Position numbers and translations under genes: made by a program. From Shigella phage ESh28: a stretch of DNA of 64,000 nt. Below the pieces are notes generated by a model, which saw only the letters and a list, made by a program, of their open reading frames with translations, had not been told where the DNA came from and searched no databases. Location of the stretch: sequence record ON528738, one strand, 5' to 3'. This document shows positions 17,067 through 25,888 of this stretch, in pieces. Numbering within the stretch: position 1 is the stretch's first letter; each line of letters starts with the position of its first letter.

Positions 17067-17189
17067 AACCTTGGTGGGCGGCTAGATGGGAAATTGTAGA
17101 GCCAGAGCCGGAAGAACCGGTTTACACTGATGAAGAAACAGTATATAATGAACCAACGATAAATGACTTAATTGATATGGAGATGGGAC

Positions 17190-17675
17190 ATGATTACAGT
17201 AGATAAGTGGTTTAGAATTAATCGTGCTGATAAAGAGCTATGTAATTACTGGCCGGAACTTAGTGCAGGTACTGTCTTTAAAGTTCGTGAACTTGCAAAA
17301 GAATGCGAAGATGATATAGAACCTGATACTGGAATTATTGAAATTGAACTTTCTGGTGGAAAGATTATTAACATCTACGATAAGCCAACTGCGTATTGGT
17401 GCTTGTGGAATACTGAATCAGTAGAAAATGGTGAAATCGAGGAAGTTGTAGAGAGAACTAATCAAGTTGTTCAGAAGCCTAAAGCCGATTTTCAAGGTGA
17501 ACGTATTCCATACGCATTAGCTAAATTAGCTGCGCAAGAAAATAACGATGGCTATGAAGGTAACCTGATGCAAGCTGCCGCAGAATACATTGAATGGCTT
17601 GAAAATCAAATTTCTTTTTCTGACCAAAAGATTCGGCAATATAAGCGATTGAATCAAATGTTTTACAATACTTGA
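17190..17675 (+). CDS. pin: probable Pin (inhibitor of host Lon protease), 161 aa
   Basis: Track ORF 17172..17675 trimmed to second ATG; length and position between nrdC and gene 49 match T4 pin; identity unverified. Confidence 0.5.
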   Translation: MITVDKWFRINRADKELCNYWPELSAGTVFKVRELAKECEDDIEPDTGIIEIELSGGKIINIYDKPTAYWCLWNTESVENGEIEEVVERTNQVVQKPKADFQGERIPYALAKLAAQENNDGYEGNLMQAAAEYIEWLENQISFSDQKIRQYKRLNQMFYNT

Positions 17676-17685
17676 AAATAATAAA

Positions 17686-17716
17686 TACCCTTATCTATTT
17701 AAGGTAAGGGTTTATT
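17686..17716 (+). terminator. putative terminator hairpin
   Basis: accctta/taagggt 7-bp stem with 11-nt loop followed by ttatt. Confidence 0.45.
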
Positions 17717-18190
17717 ATGTTATTGACTGGCAAATTATATAAAGAAGAAAAACAGAAATTTTATGATGCACAAAACGGTAAATGCTTAATTTGCCAACGA
17801 GAACTAAATCCTGATGTTCAAGCTAATCACCTCGACCATGACCATGAATTAAATGGACCAAAAGCAGGAAAGGTACGTGGATTGCTTTGTAATCTCTGCA
17901 ATGCCGCAGAAGGTCAAATGAAACATAAATTTAATCGTTCTGGCTTAAAGGGGCAAGGTGTTGATTATCTTGAATGGTTAGAAAATTTACTTACTTATTT
18001 AAAATCCGATTACACCCAAAATAATATTCACCCTAACTTTGTTGGAGATAAATCAAAGGAATTTTCTCGTTTAGGAAAAGAGGAAATGATGGCCGAGATG
18101 CTTCAAAGAGGATTTGAATATAATGAATCTGACACCAAAACACAATTAATAGCTTCATTTAAGAAGCAGCTTAGAAAGAGTTTAAAATGA
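17717..18190 (+). CDS. 49: endonuclease VII (Holliday junction resolvase)
   Basis: 157 aa, MLLTGKLYKEEKQKFYDAQNGKCLICQREL with Cys-rich zinc site; matches T4 gp49. Confidence 0.9.
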   Translation: MLLTGKLYKEEKQKFYDAQNGKCLICQRELNPDVQANHLDHDHELNGPKAGKVRGLLCNLCNAAEGQMKHKFNRSGLKGQGVDYLEWLENLLTYLKSDYTQNNIHPNFVGDKSKEFSRLGKEEMMAEMLQRGFEYNESDTKTQLIASFKKQLRKSLK

Positions 18191-20004
18191 CAATTGAAAA
18201 AGAAATTGAAGGATTGATTCATAAAACTAATAAAGACCTTTTGAACGAGAATGCTAATAAAGATTCTCGTGTTTTTCCAACTCAACGGGACCTTATGGCT
18301 GGTATTGTGTCTAAACACATTGCCAAAAATATGGTCCCGTCTTTTATTATGAAAGCGCATGAAAGCGGAATTATTCATTTCCATGATATTGATTATTCCC
18401 CTGCTCTTCCATTTACTAATTGTTGTTTAGTAGATTTAAAAGGAATGCTTGAAAACGGATTTAAGCTAGGTAATGCACAGATTGAAACTCCTAAATCAAT
18501 TGGAGTTGCTACTGCAATTATGGCACAAATTACTGCGCAAGTTGCTTCTCACCAATACGGCGGAACGACTTTTGCGAATGTAGATAAAGTACTTTCTCCT
18601 TATGTTAAACGCACCTATGCAAAACATATTGAGGATGCAGAAAAATGGCAAATCGCTGATGCGTTGAATTATGCTCAATCTAAAACAGAAAAAGATGTAT
18701 ACGATGCATTCCAAGCTTATGAATATGAAGTAAATACTCTCTTTAGTTCAAACGGACAGACTCCTTTTGTAACAATTACATTTGGTACGGGAACTGACTG
18801 GACTGAACGAATGATTCAGAAAGCAATTCTGAAAAATCGTATTAAAGGTCTTGGTCGTGATGGGATAACTCCTATTTTCCCTAAGCTTGTTATGTTCGTC
18901 GAAGAAGGTGTTAATCTTTATAAAGACGATCCGAACTATGATATTAAGCAACTTGCTCTAGAGTGCGCAAGTAAAAGAATGTATCCTGATATTATTTCAG
19001 CTAAGAACAATAAAGCTATCACTGGCTCATCTATTCCTGTTTCTCCAATGGGTTGTCGTAGTTTCTTGAGCGTGTGGAAAGATTCGACTGGTAATGAAAT
19101 TCTTGATGGACGTAATAATCTTGGCGTTGTAACACTGAATCTTCCTCGTATTGCGTTAGATTCTTATATTGGAACACAGTTCAATGAACAGAAATTTATC
19201 GAATTGTTCAATGAACGAATGGATTTATGTTTTGAAGCTTTGATGTGTAGAATTAGTTCCTTAAAAGGAGTTAAAGCGACTGTTGCTCCTATTCTTTACC
19301 AAGAAGGTGCATTTGGGGTTCGTCTTAAACCTGATGACGATATAATTGAGTTATTTAAAAACGGTAGAAGTTCAGTGTCTCTAGGATACATTGGTATTCA
19401 CGAATTGAATATTCTTGTCGGTCGTGATATTGGACAGGAAATTTTAACTAAAATGAATGCTCGTCTTAAACGGTGGACTGAAAGAACCGGATTTGCTTTT
19501 AGCTTGTATTCTACTCCTGCTGAAAACCTTTGTTATCGCTTCTGTAAACTTGATACAGAAAAATACGGAAGTGTAAAGGATGTTACTGATAAAGGATGGT
19601 ACACTAATAGTTTCCATGTTTCAGTAGAAGAAAATATTACTCCGTTTGAAAAGATTTCTCGTGAAGCGCCATATCATTTCATTGCGACAGGTGGTCACAT
19701 TTCTTATGTTGAACTTCCTGATATGAAAAATAATCTAAAAGGTCTTGAGGCCGTATGGGATTATGCTGCACAGCATTTAGATTATTTTGGTGTTAACATG
19801 CCAGTAGATAAGTGTTTTACATGCGGAAGTACCCATGAAATGACTCCTACTGAAAACGGATTTGTTTGTTCTATTTGTGGAGAAACTGATCCTAAAAAGA
19901 TGAATACCATAAGAAGAACATGTGGTTATTTGGGAAATCCGAACGAGCGCGGATTTAATCTAGGTAAAAATAAAGAAATCATGCATAGGGTTAAACACCA
20001 ATGA
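18187..20004 (+). CDS. nrdD: anaerobic ribonucleoside-triphosphate reductase NrdD (intron-less)
   Basis: 605 aa contiguous ORF; C-terminal RRTCGYLG glycyl-radical motif and CxxC zinc ribbon. Confidence 0.95.
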   Translation: MTIEKEIEGLIHKTNKDLLNENANKDSRVFPTQRDLMAGIVSKHIAKNMVPSFIMKAHESGIIHFHDIDYSPALPFTNCCLVDLKGMLENGFKLGNAQIETPKSIGVATAIMAQITAQVASHQYGGTTFANVDKVLSPYVKRTYAKHIEDAEKWQIADALNYAQSKTEKDVYDAFQAYEYEVNTLFSSNGQTPFVTITFGTGTDWTERMIQKAILKNRIKGLGRDGITPIFPKLVMFVEEGVNLYKDDPNYDIKQLALECASKRMYPDIISAKNNKAITGSSIPVSPMGCRSFLSVWKDSTGNEILDGRNNLGVVTLNLPRIALDSYIGTQFNEQKFIELFNERMDLCFEALMCRISSLKGVKATVAPILYQEGAFGVRLKPDDDIIELFKNGRSSVSLGYIGIHELNILVGRDIGQEILTKMNARLKRWTERTGFAFSLYSTPAENLCYRFCKLDTEKYGSVKDVTDKGWYTNSFHVSVEENITPFEKISREAPYHFIATGGHISYVELPDMKNNLKGLEAVWDYAAQHLDYFGVNMPVDKCFTCGSTHEMTPTENGFVCSICGETDPKKMNTIRRTCGYLGNPNERGFNLGKNKEIMHRVKHQ

Positions 20005-20471
20005 ATTATGATAGATTTTATCCTTGTGATTTTGTGAATGGCCCTGGTTGCAGGGTCGTTCTTTTCGTCACAGGTTGTTTGCATAAATGCGAAGGGTGTT
20101 ATAATAAATCAACATGGAATGCTAGAAATGGTATTCCATTCACTGGAGAGACACTAGAACAATTAATTGAATGTTTGAATAATGATTATATAGAAGGATT
20201 AACTATAACCGGAGGAGACCCTCTCTATCCTGACAATCGAGATGTTATTCATTGCATTGTTCAAACAGTAAAAAATCTTTATCCCAATAAAAGCATTTGG
20301 TTGTGGACAGGATATAAGTTTGAAGATATTAAACAACTAGAAATGCTTAAATATGTTGATGTTATTATTGATGGGAAGTATGAGAAAAATCTTCCGACTA
20401 AAAAGCTGTGGCGAGGATCAGATAATCAGCGACTTTGGTCAAATACCGATGGGGTGTGGAAACATGATTAA
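20001..20471 (+). CDS. nrdG: anaerobic RNR activating enzyme NrdG (radical SAM)
   Basis: 156 aa; Cys-rich N-terminus GCLHKCEGC; ATGA overlap with nrdD. Confidence 0.9.
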   Translation: MNYDRFYPCDFVNGPGCRVVLFVTGCLHKCEGCYNKSTWNARNGIPFTGETLEQLIECLNNDYIEGLTITGGDPLYPDNRDVIHCIVQTVKNLYPNKSIWLWTGYKFEDIKQLEMLKYVDVIIDGKYEKNLPTKKLWRGSDNQRLWSNTDGVWKHD

Positions 20472-20585
20472 ATTGAATTATATTATGGATACTATAAATG
20501 ATATGATTTTTCATTTTGGTCCAGAATTTTATTCACAGTATAGTTTAGTGCTTATCAATGCTTGGTTAATTAATTAAGGGTAAAT

Positions 20586-20798
20586 ATGTATAAATTTCGT
20601 AAAGGTTTAGCTGATTTTCTTACAACTGTAACATTCTTTCTGTTTATGGCAGTTGGAGCTATTTTCCTTATTCCTTTTATTGTTATATTTTTCGTAATTA
20701 GTTTAATTTCTCCAGAAAAAGGACTATCTTCTAGCGAGTTCAATGAGCGTCTGGATAAAATTACTAACAAGCTGAATGCTGCTCTTAGTAAGGAATAG
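20586..20798 (+). CDS. small membrane protein, 70 aa
   Basis: Track ORF; hydrophobic core FLFMAVGAIFLIPFIVIFFVISLI. Confidence 0.5.
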   Translation: MYKFRKGLADFLTTVTFFLFMAVGAIFLIPFIVIFFVISLISPEKGLSSSEFNERLDKITNKLNAALSKE

Positions 20799-20800
20799 TT

Positions 20801-21109
20801 GTGAAACAAAATAAGATTGAAGTCTATGGAATTCCAGATGAAGTAGGTCGTTGTCCTGGATGTCAATCAGTTACAAAACTTCTAAAGGAGCTCAATGCTC
20901 CTTTTACTTTCTATAAAGTTCTTACAAATAATGGTAAGATTGAGTATGATCGTCCACTGATTGTATCTCTTGCTAAACGTGCTGGATTCACATCTCTTAA
21001 CATTCGTTATCCAGTCATTTTCATTAATGATTCTAGACAAAAGAACATTAAACACTTCAAAGAAACTCTCATTTCACTTGGATATGATAGAGATATCATA
21101 GAAGACTAA
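20801..21109 (+). CDS. nrdH: glutaredoxin-like protein NrdH
   Basis: 102 aa, CPGC redox motif near N-terminus; GTG start with aagga RBS; position next to nrdG. Confidence 0.7.
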   Translation: MKQNKIEVYGIPDEVGRCPGCQSVTKLLKELNAPFTFYKVLTNNGKIEYDRPLIVSLAKRAGFTSLNIRYPVIFINDSRQKNIKHFKETLISLGYDRDIIED

Positions 21110-21111
21110 GA

Positions 21112-21134
21112 CGGGCCCTCTGGGCCTTTCTTTC
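21112..21134 (+). terminator. rho-independent terminator
   Basis: ggccc-tct-gggcc hairpin followed by tttctttc. Confidence 0.55.
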
Positions 21135-21205
21135 TTACATTCTGTATATTACCATTCTAAGCTATCGTTCCCTTCTTATCATTCCCTAAAATAATTTTCA
21201 CAAAG

Positions 21206-21239
21206 TTGTTTACAACAAGTTCAAACCGTGGTATTATTA
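21206..21239 (+). promoter_or_regulatory. T4-type early promoter
   Basis: gtttac 21208-21213, tggtattat 21229-21237, preceded by A/T tract ttttcacaaag. Confidence 0.55.
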
Positions 21240-21267
21240 ATACATGAATTGCCTTTGAGGAATTGAT

Positions 21268-21444
21268 ATGGTTGATAAAGAGATTAAAATTGACCAGTAC
21301 TATCGTGTTAACGGACATATCGTTATTGTTACAGCAGTCGATGATTTAGATGTTCATTATACTGTAATTAAATGGAACAAACGTATGATTTGTGACCGTG
21401 TTGTATTTAGTTCAGTTGCTAAGGAAATTAAACTCCATGGGTAA
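21268..21444 (+). CDS. hypothetical protein, 58 aa (below track cutoff)
   Basis: ATG at 21268 after ctttgaggaattg RBS; overlaps start of next ORF. Confidence 0.35.
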   Translation: MVDKEIKIDQYYRVNGHIVIVTAVDDLDVHYTVIKWNKRMICDRVVFSSVAKEIKLHG

Positions 21445-21730
21445 AACGTATCGTCGTAAAGACTTAAAAGTGCGTGATTATGACTATTTCGGAAAGCGTA
21501 AAGCTCCTGATGGGGTAAGTCATAAAGATATGGTTGAAAACATTTTTCGCTCAGATAAATGGCGTAGAATGAAAGGTATTGATTCAGAAGTTAAAGATGA
21601 GCTAAATCGCCAATTACGTGGTGAAGTAAGAAAGTTGAAAAAATCAGTTTACATTGACGATGATTTTGATTATAATACATCTCAACGAGTTGCTAAGCGC
21701 AAATCAAACGAGTGTTATCGTTACAGCTGA
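21437..21730 (+). CDS. hypothetical basic protein, 97 aa
   Basis: Track ORF 21392..21730 trimmed to ATG (MGKTYRRK); Lys/Arg-rich. Confidence 0.5.
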   Translation: MGKTYRRKDLKVRDYDYFGKRKAPDGVSHKDMVENIFRSDKWRRMKGIDSEVKDELNRQLRGEVRKLKKSVYIDDDFDYNTSQRVAKRKSNECYRYS

Positions 21731-21737
21731 GGAAAAT

Positions 21738-21869
21738 ATGAATATCAAACGAATGCTTTTTAAGCAAGGACTATACACTTTAAATGTTGCACCAAAAGGC
21801 GATACAACTAAGTGGTCAGTAAATGACTGGATTAAATTCATTGATGAAAACGGTAATTGGAAAATTTAA
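21738..21869 (+). CDS. hypothetical small protein, 43 aa
   Basis: Track ORF 21654..21869 trimmed to ATG after gaggaaaat RBS. Confidence 0.3.
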   Translation: MNIKRMLFKQGLYTLNVAPKGDTTKWSVNDWIKFIDENGNWKI

Positions 21870-22070
21870 ATGAATCCTGAATCTAAATTATCGCAACGAA
21901 TTGCTGAAGCTCGTCGCCAGTTCTTTGAAAATATGATAGCCCAAGGTATTGATGACGAAGTTTTTCTAAACTGGTTTTGGAATCACAAATATTCAAGTTG
22001 CTCAGGAGCAATATTAATATCAGCCGCAATGATGTACGAAGGCTGGAAGGGTGCCAAAAAGTTTAGCTAA
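21870..22070 (+). CDS. hypothetical protein, 66 aa
   Basis: Track ORF; TAAATG overlap; followed by terminator. Confidence 0.5.
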   Translation: MNPESKLSQRIAEARRQFFENMIAQGIDDEVFLNWFWNHKYSSCSGAILISAAMMYEGWKGAKKFS

Positions 22071-22088
22071 GGGCTTCGGCCCTTTTTG
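22069..22088 (+). terminator. rho-independent terminator
   Basis: aagggc-ttcg-gccctt followed by ttttt. Confidence 0.7.
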
Positions 22089-22122
22089 GATAATAAAATT
22101 TTAATGCAATTGAGGATAATGT

Positions 22123-22449
22123 ATGACTATTCAAATTAAAAACGCCATCAATTCTTACGCATATGATAAAGTAGTTTCTTTGCTAGAAAAAGGCGATATT
22201 GTAACTCCTCAAATTTTGGATAAATGGGAAAAAGAGCTTCATCAAACGATGAAACAGAATGATCAGAAGATTGGACGCAATACTGTCCGTGAATTGTTGG
22301 TTCAATATATCTTGTCAGAATTTGATGTTAAAGCTTTTGGTGTAGAATCTAAAGCTTATCAAAAGCATGAAATTTCCGATAAAACTATTCGTCGCATGAA
22401 AAATCAACGCAAGAAAAAATTTGCAGACCTGAAAATTACTAAGGTATAA
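22123..22449 (+). CDS. hypothetical protein, 108 aa
   Basis: Track ORF with gaggataatgt RBS. Confidence 0.5.
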   Translation: MTIQIKNAINSYAYDKVVSLLEKGDIVTPQILDKWEKELHQTMKQNDQKIGRNTVRELLVQYILSEFDVKAFGVESKAYQKHEISDKTIRRMKNQRKKKFADLKITKV

Positions 22450-22451
22450 TT

Positions 22452-22667
22452 ATGAACGAAGCTCTTATTAACGATTTACGTCTTGCTGGGTATGAAGTAA
22501 ATACAAATGGCATTGGTTTAACTCAAATTGAAGGAAATGGATTCATCCTTGAGTATGAATTTAGCCAATGGTGGTTATACGCTAATTACGGCGAATTGAT
22601 TGAATATGTTGATCAATTTGATTCACTAGATGCAGCTCTTGAAGCGGCTAAGTTGATGAATGCATGA
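22452..22667 (+). CDS. hypothetical protein, 71 aa
   Basis: Track ORF. Confidence 0.5.
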   Translation: MNEALINDLRLAGYEVNTNGIGLTQIEGNGFILEYEFSQWWLYANYGELIEYVDQFDSLDAALEAAKLMNA

Positions 22668-22933
22668 AATTTATTAATATTTCTATTACTATTGAAAATT
22701 ATGGCATTTTCTATGTTGATCAATACATGAAAATTTCATTTTTCCCAAATAAGACTGGTGTTGGATATTGGGAAAGCCATGTTTCTGAATTAAATGAAAG
22801 TGAATATGTTAGTACACATGAAAAGTTTTTAGACTTTTTATATCATGCTGATCTAACTAGTCATTATATAGATATTCATGAATTTAAAAAGATGATGGAG
22901 AAAGTATTCCAAGCATACTGTTTACTTAGATAA
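22664..22933 (+). CDS. hypothetical protein, 89 aa
   Basis: Track ORF; ATGA overlap. Confidence 0.5.
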   Translation: MKFINISITIENYGIFYVDQYMKISFFPNKTGVGYWESHVSELNESEYVSTHEKFLDFLYHADLTSHYIDIHEFKKMMEKVFQAYCLLR

Positions 22934-22946
22934 CTGATATCCTCTA

Positions 22947-22982
22947 TGCTTTAAGATAGATCTTCAAATATTATGATATAAT
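22947..22982 (+). promoter_or_regulatory. possible MotA-dependent middle promoter upstream of gene 55
   Basis: MotA-box-like tgcttta at 22947-22953 with A/T-rich -10 candidates downstream; flanked by two ATAGATCT copies. Confidence 0.3.
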
Positions 22983-23011
22983 AGATCTATGAATTGAGCT
23001 AAGAGGTGAAA

Positions 23012-23569
23012 ATGTCAGAAACTAAGCCTAAATATAATTACGTAAACAATAAAGAGCTTTTACAAGCTATTATTGATTGGAAAACAGAATTAGCAAATAA
23101 TAAAGACCCAAATAAAGTAGTTCGTCAGAATGATACTATCGGATTAGCCATTATGCTTATTGCAGAAGGCTTATCTAAACGTTTTAACTTTTCAGGATAC
23201 ACCCAATCTTGGAAACAAGAAATGATTGCAGATGGTATAGAAGCTTCTATTAAGGGGCTTCACAATTTTGATGAAACGAAATATAAAAACCCACATGCAT
23301 ATATAACTCAAGCTTGTTTTAATGCATTCGTCCAACGTATTAAAAAAGAACGTAAGGAAGTTGCAAAGAAATATAGTTACTTCGTTCACAATGTCTATGA
23401 CAGTCGTGACGACGATATGGTTGCGTTAGTAGATGAAACTTTTATTCAAGACATCTATGATAAAATGACGCATTACGAAGAATCAACCTATAGAACACCG
23501 GGGGCTGAAAAGAAAAGTGTTGTAGACGATTCTCCTAGTTTGGATTTTTTATATGAGGCTAACGATTAA
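23012..23569 (+). CDS. 55: late-transcription sigma factor gp55
   Basis: 185 aa, [23 protein letters not shown]; matches T4 gp55. Confidence 0.9.
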
Positions 23570-23771
23570 CCTCTCCGGATTCTTGGAAGAAATACCTGAA
23601 GTTGAAGCTATTCCCTATTTACTTAAAATGTATCTCAGGGAAGTTTTAGCTCTTGACATTGATATTGATCCAGAAAATCCGTATGATACCGCTTTTAAAT
23701 CTAATGGTGTAGAATTAAACTATCGGTATCATTTAACAGATGATGATTTTTATTTTATATTAGAGAAATAA
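23553..23771 (+). CDS. hypothetical protein, 72 aa
   Basis: Track ORF overlapping gp55 3' end; no clear RBS. Confidence 0.3.
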
Positions 23772-23772
23772 T

Positions 23773-24090
23773 ATGACTGATAAACCCGAAATTAATGATG
23801 AAGTGGAAAAGCTTATTTCTTCTATTGAAGAAAAGAACCGTCTTGAAGCAGAAAGAAAAGCAAATAAGTTATTGTCTAAAAACAAACGCGAACTGAATCG
23901 TCTTTATAAGCACGCTCAGATCGCAGCTGAAAATAATAATTTTGCTCAATACGAATATGCTATCAAGAAAAGTCGGGATATTCTAAAACAGCCATATAAC
24001 GATGAACTCATCAGTATTCTTTGGAAGACTACTAGATCGCAAATTGAGGATATGATTGATGCTTACACACGTAAAATTCAAGCGTCTTAA
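23773..24090 (+). CDS. hypothetical protein, 105 aa
   Basis: Track ORF. Confidence 0.5.
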   Translation: MTDKPEINDEVEKLISSIEEKNRLEAERKANKLLSKNKRELNRLYKHAQIAAENNNFAQYEYAIKKSRDILKQPYNDELISILWKTTRSQIEDMIDAYTRKIQAS

Positions 24091-24262
24091 AATTAATGCA
24101 GGATTTACTGAATCTTTGAATGGTCATCTTTGTGTGAAAATTTCTGAAAAAGAATACCATGATAGTTCAATTAAAGAAGTTAATCCTCCTATTGTAAGAG
24201 CAGACCCTAATATGAAAGTGTGGGTTGATTCCTATCAAGTCAAAAAATGGTGGCAACTGTGA
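24059..24262 (+). CDS. hypothetical protein, 67 aa
   Basis: Track ORF 24056..24262 (TTG) trimmed to adjacent ATG; gagga RBS. Confidence 0.4.
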   Translation: MLTHVKFKRLKINAGFTESLNGHLCVKISEKEYHDSSIKEVNPPIVRADPNMKVWVDSYQVKKWWQL

Positions 24263-24265
24263 AAG

Positions 24266-24439
24266 ATGAACACCCAGACTTCTGAAATAGATTATAATAA
24301 AATTCGTTCCTCTAAAGAGGAAATGATGAGACGCTTTAAAGAGTCTCATGATAAAGCTAAAGCAGAAGGAACTATAAAATATAAGCGCATAAAATTTAAA
24401 AGTTCTAACGAGCCTCTGTACGGCGTATTATGCGGATAG
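24266..24439 (+). CDS. hypothetical protein, 57 aa (below track cutoff)
   Basis: ATG 3 nt after previous stop; ends just before terminator. Confidence 0.35.
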   Translation: MNTQTSEIDYNKIRSSKEEMMRRFKESHDKAKAEGTIKYKRIKFKSSNEPLYGVLCG

Positions 24440-24460
24440 GAGCTTCGGCTCCTATATTGC
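24437..24460 (+). terminator. terminator-like UUCG hairpin
   Basis: taggagc-ttcg-gctccta followed by tatt. Confidence 0.5.
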
Positions 24461-24505
24461 TTTATAAATTTTTGGTAAAATAAACCAAAACAAAGAGGAT
24501 ATTAA

Positions 24506-25708
24506 ATGAAAGTATGTATTTTTATGGCTCGAGGTCTTGAAGGTTGTGGTGTAACAAAATTCTCACTCGAGCAACGTGATTGGTTTATTAAAAATGGTCA
24601 TGAAGTGACTTTGGTTTATGCTAAAGATAAATCATTTACTCGTAATTGCGCGCATGATTATAAATCATTTTCAATTCCGGTTTTATTGGCAAAAGAATAT
24701 GATAAAACACTTAAGCTGGTAAATGATTGTGATATTCTAATTATCAATTCAGTTCCTGCTACTTCGGTTGAAGAAGACACTATTAATAACTATAAAAAAA
24801 TTATTGATAACATTAAACCTTCTGTTCGTGTTGTAGTTTATCAGCATGACCATTCTTCTCTTTCTTTGCGTCGAAATTTGGGATTAGAAGAAACTGTTCG
24901 TCGAGCTGATGTTATTTTTAGCCATTCTGATAATGGCGATTTTAATAAAGTTCTGATGAAAGAATGGTATCCAGAAACTGTTTCTCTGTTTGATGATATT
25001 GAAGAAGCACCGACAGTATATAACTTTCAGCCTCCTATGGATATTGCGAAGGTTCGGTCAACCTACTGGAAAGATGTTTCTGAAATTAACATGAATATCA
25101 ACCGTTGGATTGGTCGTACGACTACATGGAAAGGTTTTTATCAGATGTTTGATTTTCACGAAAAACATCTTAAACCTGCAGGACTAAGTACTATTATGGA
25201 AGGTCTGGAACGTTCTCCAGCGTTCATTCCCATTAAAGAAAAAGGAATTCCATACGAGTATTATCGTCTTCATCAAGTAGACCAAATTAAAATTGCTCCT
25301 AATTTGCCAACGCAAATTCTTGACCGTTATGTAAATAGCGAAATGCTTGAACGCATGAGTAAATCCGGATTTGGTTATCAGCTGAGTAAGTTGGACAAAA
25401 AATATCTACAACGTTCTTTAGAATATACTCATCTCGAGCTTGGTGCATGTGGAACAATTCCGGTATTTTGGAAATCTACTGGCGAAAATTTAAAATTCCG
25501 TGTTGATAATACTCCTTTGACCTCGCATGATAGCGGTATCATTTGGTTTGATGAAAATGACATGGAATCAACATTTGAACGTATTAAAGAACTGTCATCT
25601 GACCGAACTCTTTATGACCGCGAACGCGAAAAAGCTTATGAATTTTTGTATCAGCATCAAGATTCAAGCTTCTGCTTTAAAGAACAGTTTGACATTATTA
25701 CAAAATAA
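24506..25708 (+). CDS. agt: DNA alpha-glucosyltransferase
   Basis: 400 aa, MKVCIFMARGLEGCGVTKFSLEQRDWFIKNGHEV; matches T4 alpha-gt as recalled. Confidence 0.9.
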   Translation: MKVCIFMARGLEGCGVTKFSLEQRDWFIKNGHEVTLVYAKDKSFTRNCAHDYKSFSIPVLLAKEYDKTLKLVNDCDILIINSVPATSVEEDTINNYKKIIDNIKPSVRVVVYQHDHSSLSLRRNLGLEETVRRADVIFSHSDNGDFNKVLMKEWYPETVSLFDDIEEAPTVYNFQPPMDIAKVRSTYWKDVSEINMNINRWIGRTTTWKGFYQMFDFHEKHLKPAGLSTIMEGLERSPAFIPIKEKGIPYEYYRLHQVDQIKIAPNLPTQILDRYVNSEMLERMSKSGFGYQLSKLDKKYLQRSLEYTHLELGACGTIPVFWKSTGENLKFRVDNTPLTSHDSGIIWFDENDMESTFERIKELSSDRTLYDREREKAYEFLYQHQDSSFCFKEQFDIITK

Positions 25709-25730
25709 AGGGCTTCGGCCCTTTAGCTTT
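25708..25730 (+). terminator. rho-independent terminator
   Basis: aagggc-ttcg-gccctt followed by tagcttt. Confidence 0.6.
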
Positions 25731-25747
25731 ATACGGAGTTTGATATA

Positions 25748-25888
25748 ATGATATTTCTTGGATATGTGATACTTTTTCTTGCATTTTATCTATTCACTAG
25801 AGCATGTTGGATTGGGTTCTTTAGCACACCAGATGGGTTTATTTCAATAATTTTATTTTGCATTTCAATGACGGTTCTTGATATATGA
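25748..25888 (+). CDS. small hydrophobic protein, 46 aa
   Basis: ATG at 25748; ATATGA overlap with gene 47 start. Confidence 0.35.
   Translation: MIFLGYVILFLAFYLFTRACWIGFFSTPDGFISIILFCISMTVLDI

Noticed and set aside
20353-20577. 74-aa + strand ORF overlapping the 3' half of nrdG in another frame
   Set aside because: Mostly embedded within nrdG; only a 37-codon tail beyond the nrdG stop could be real, and it lacks a convincing RBS
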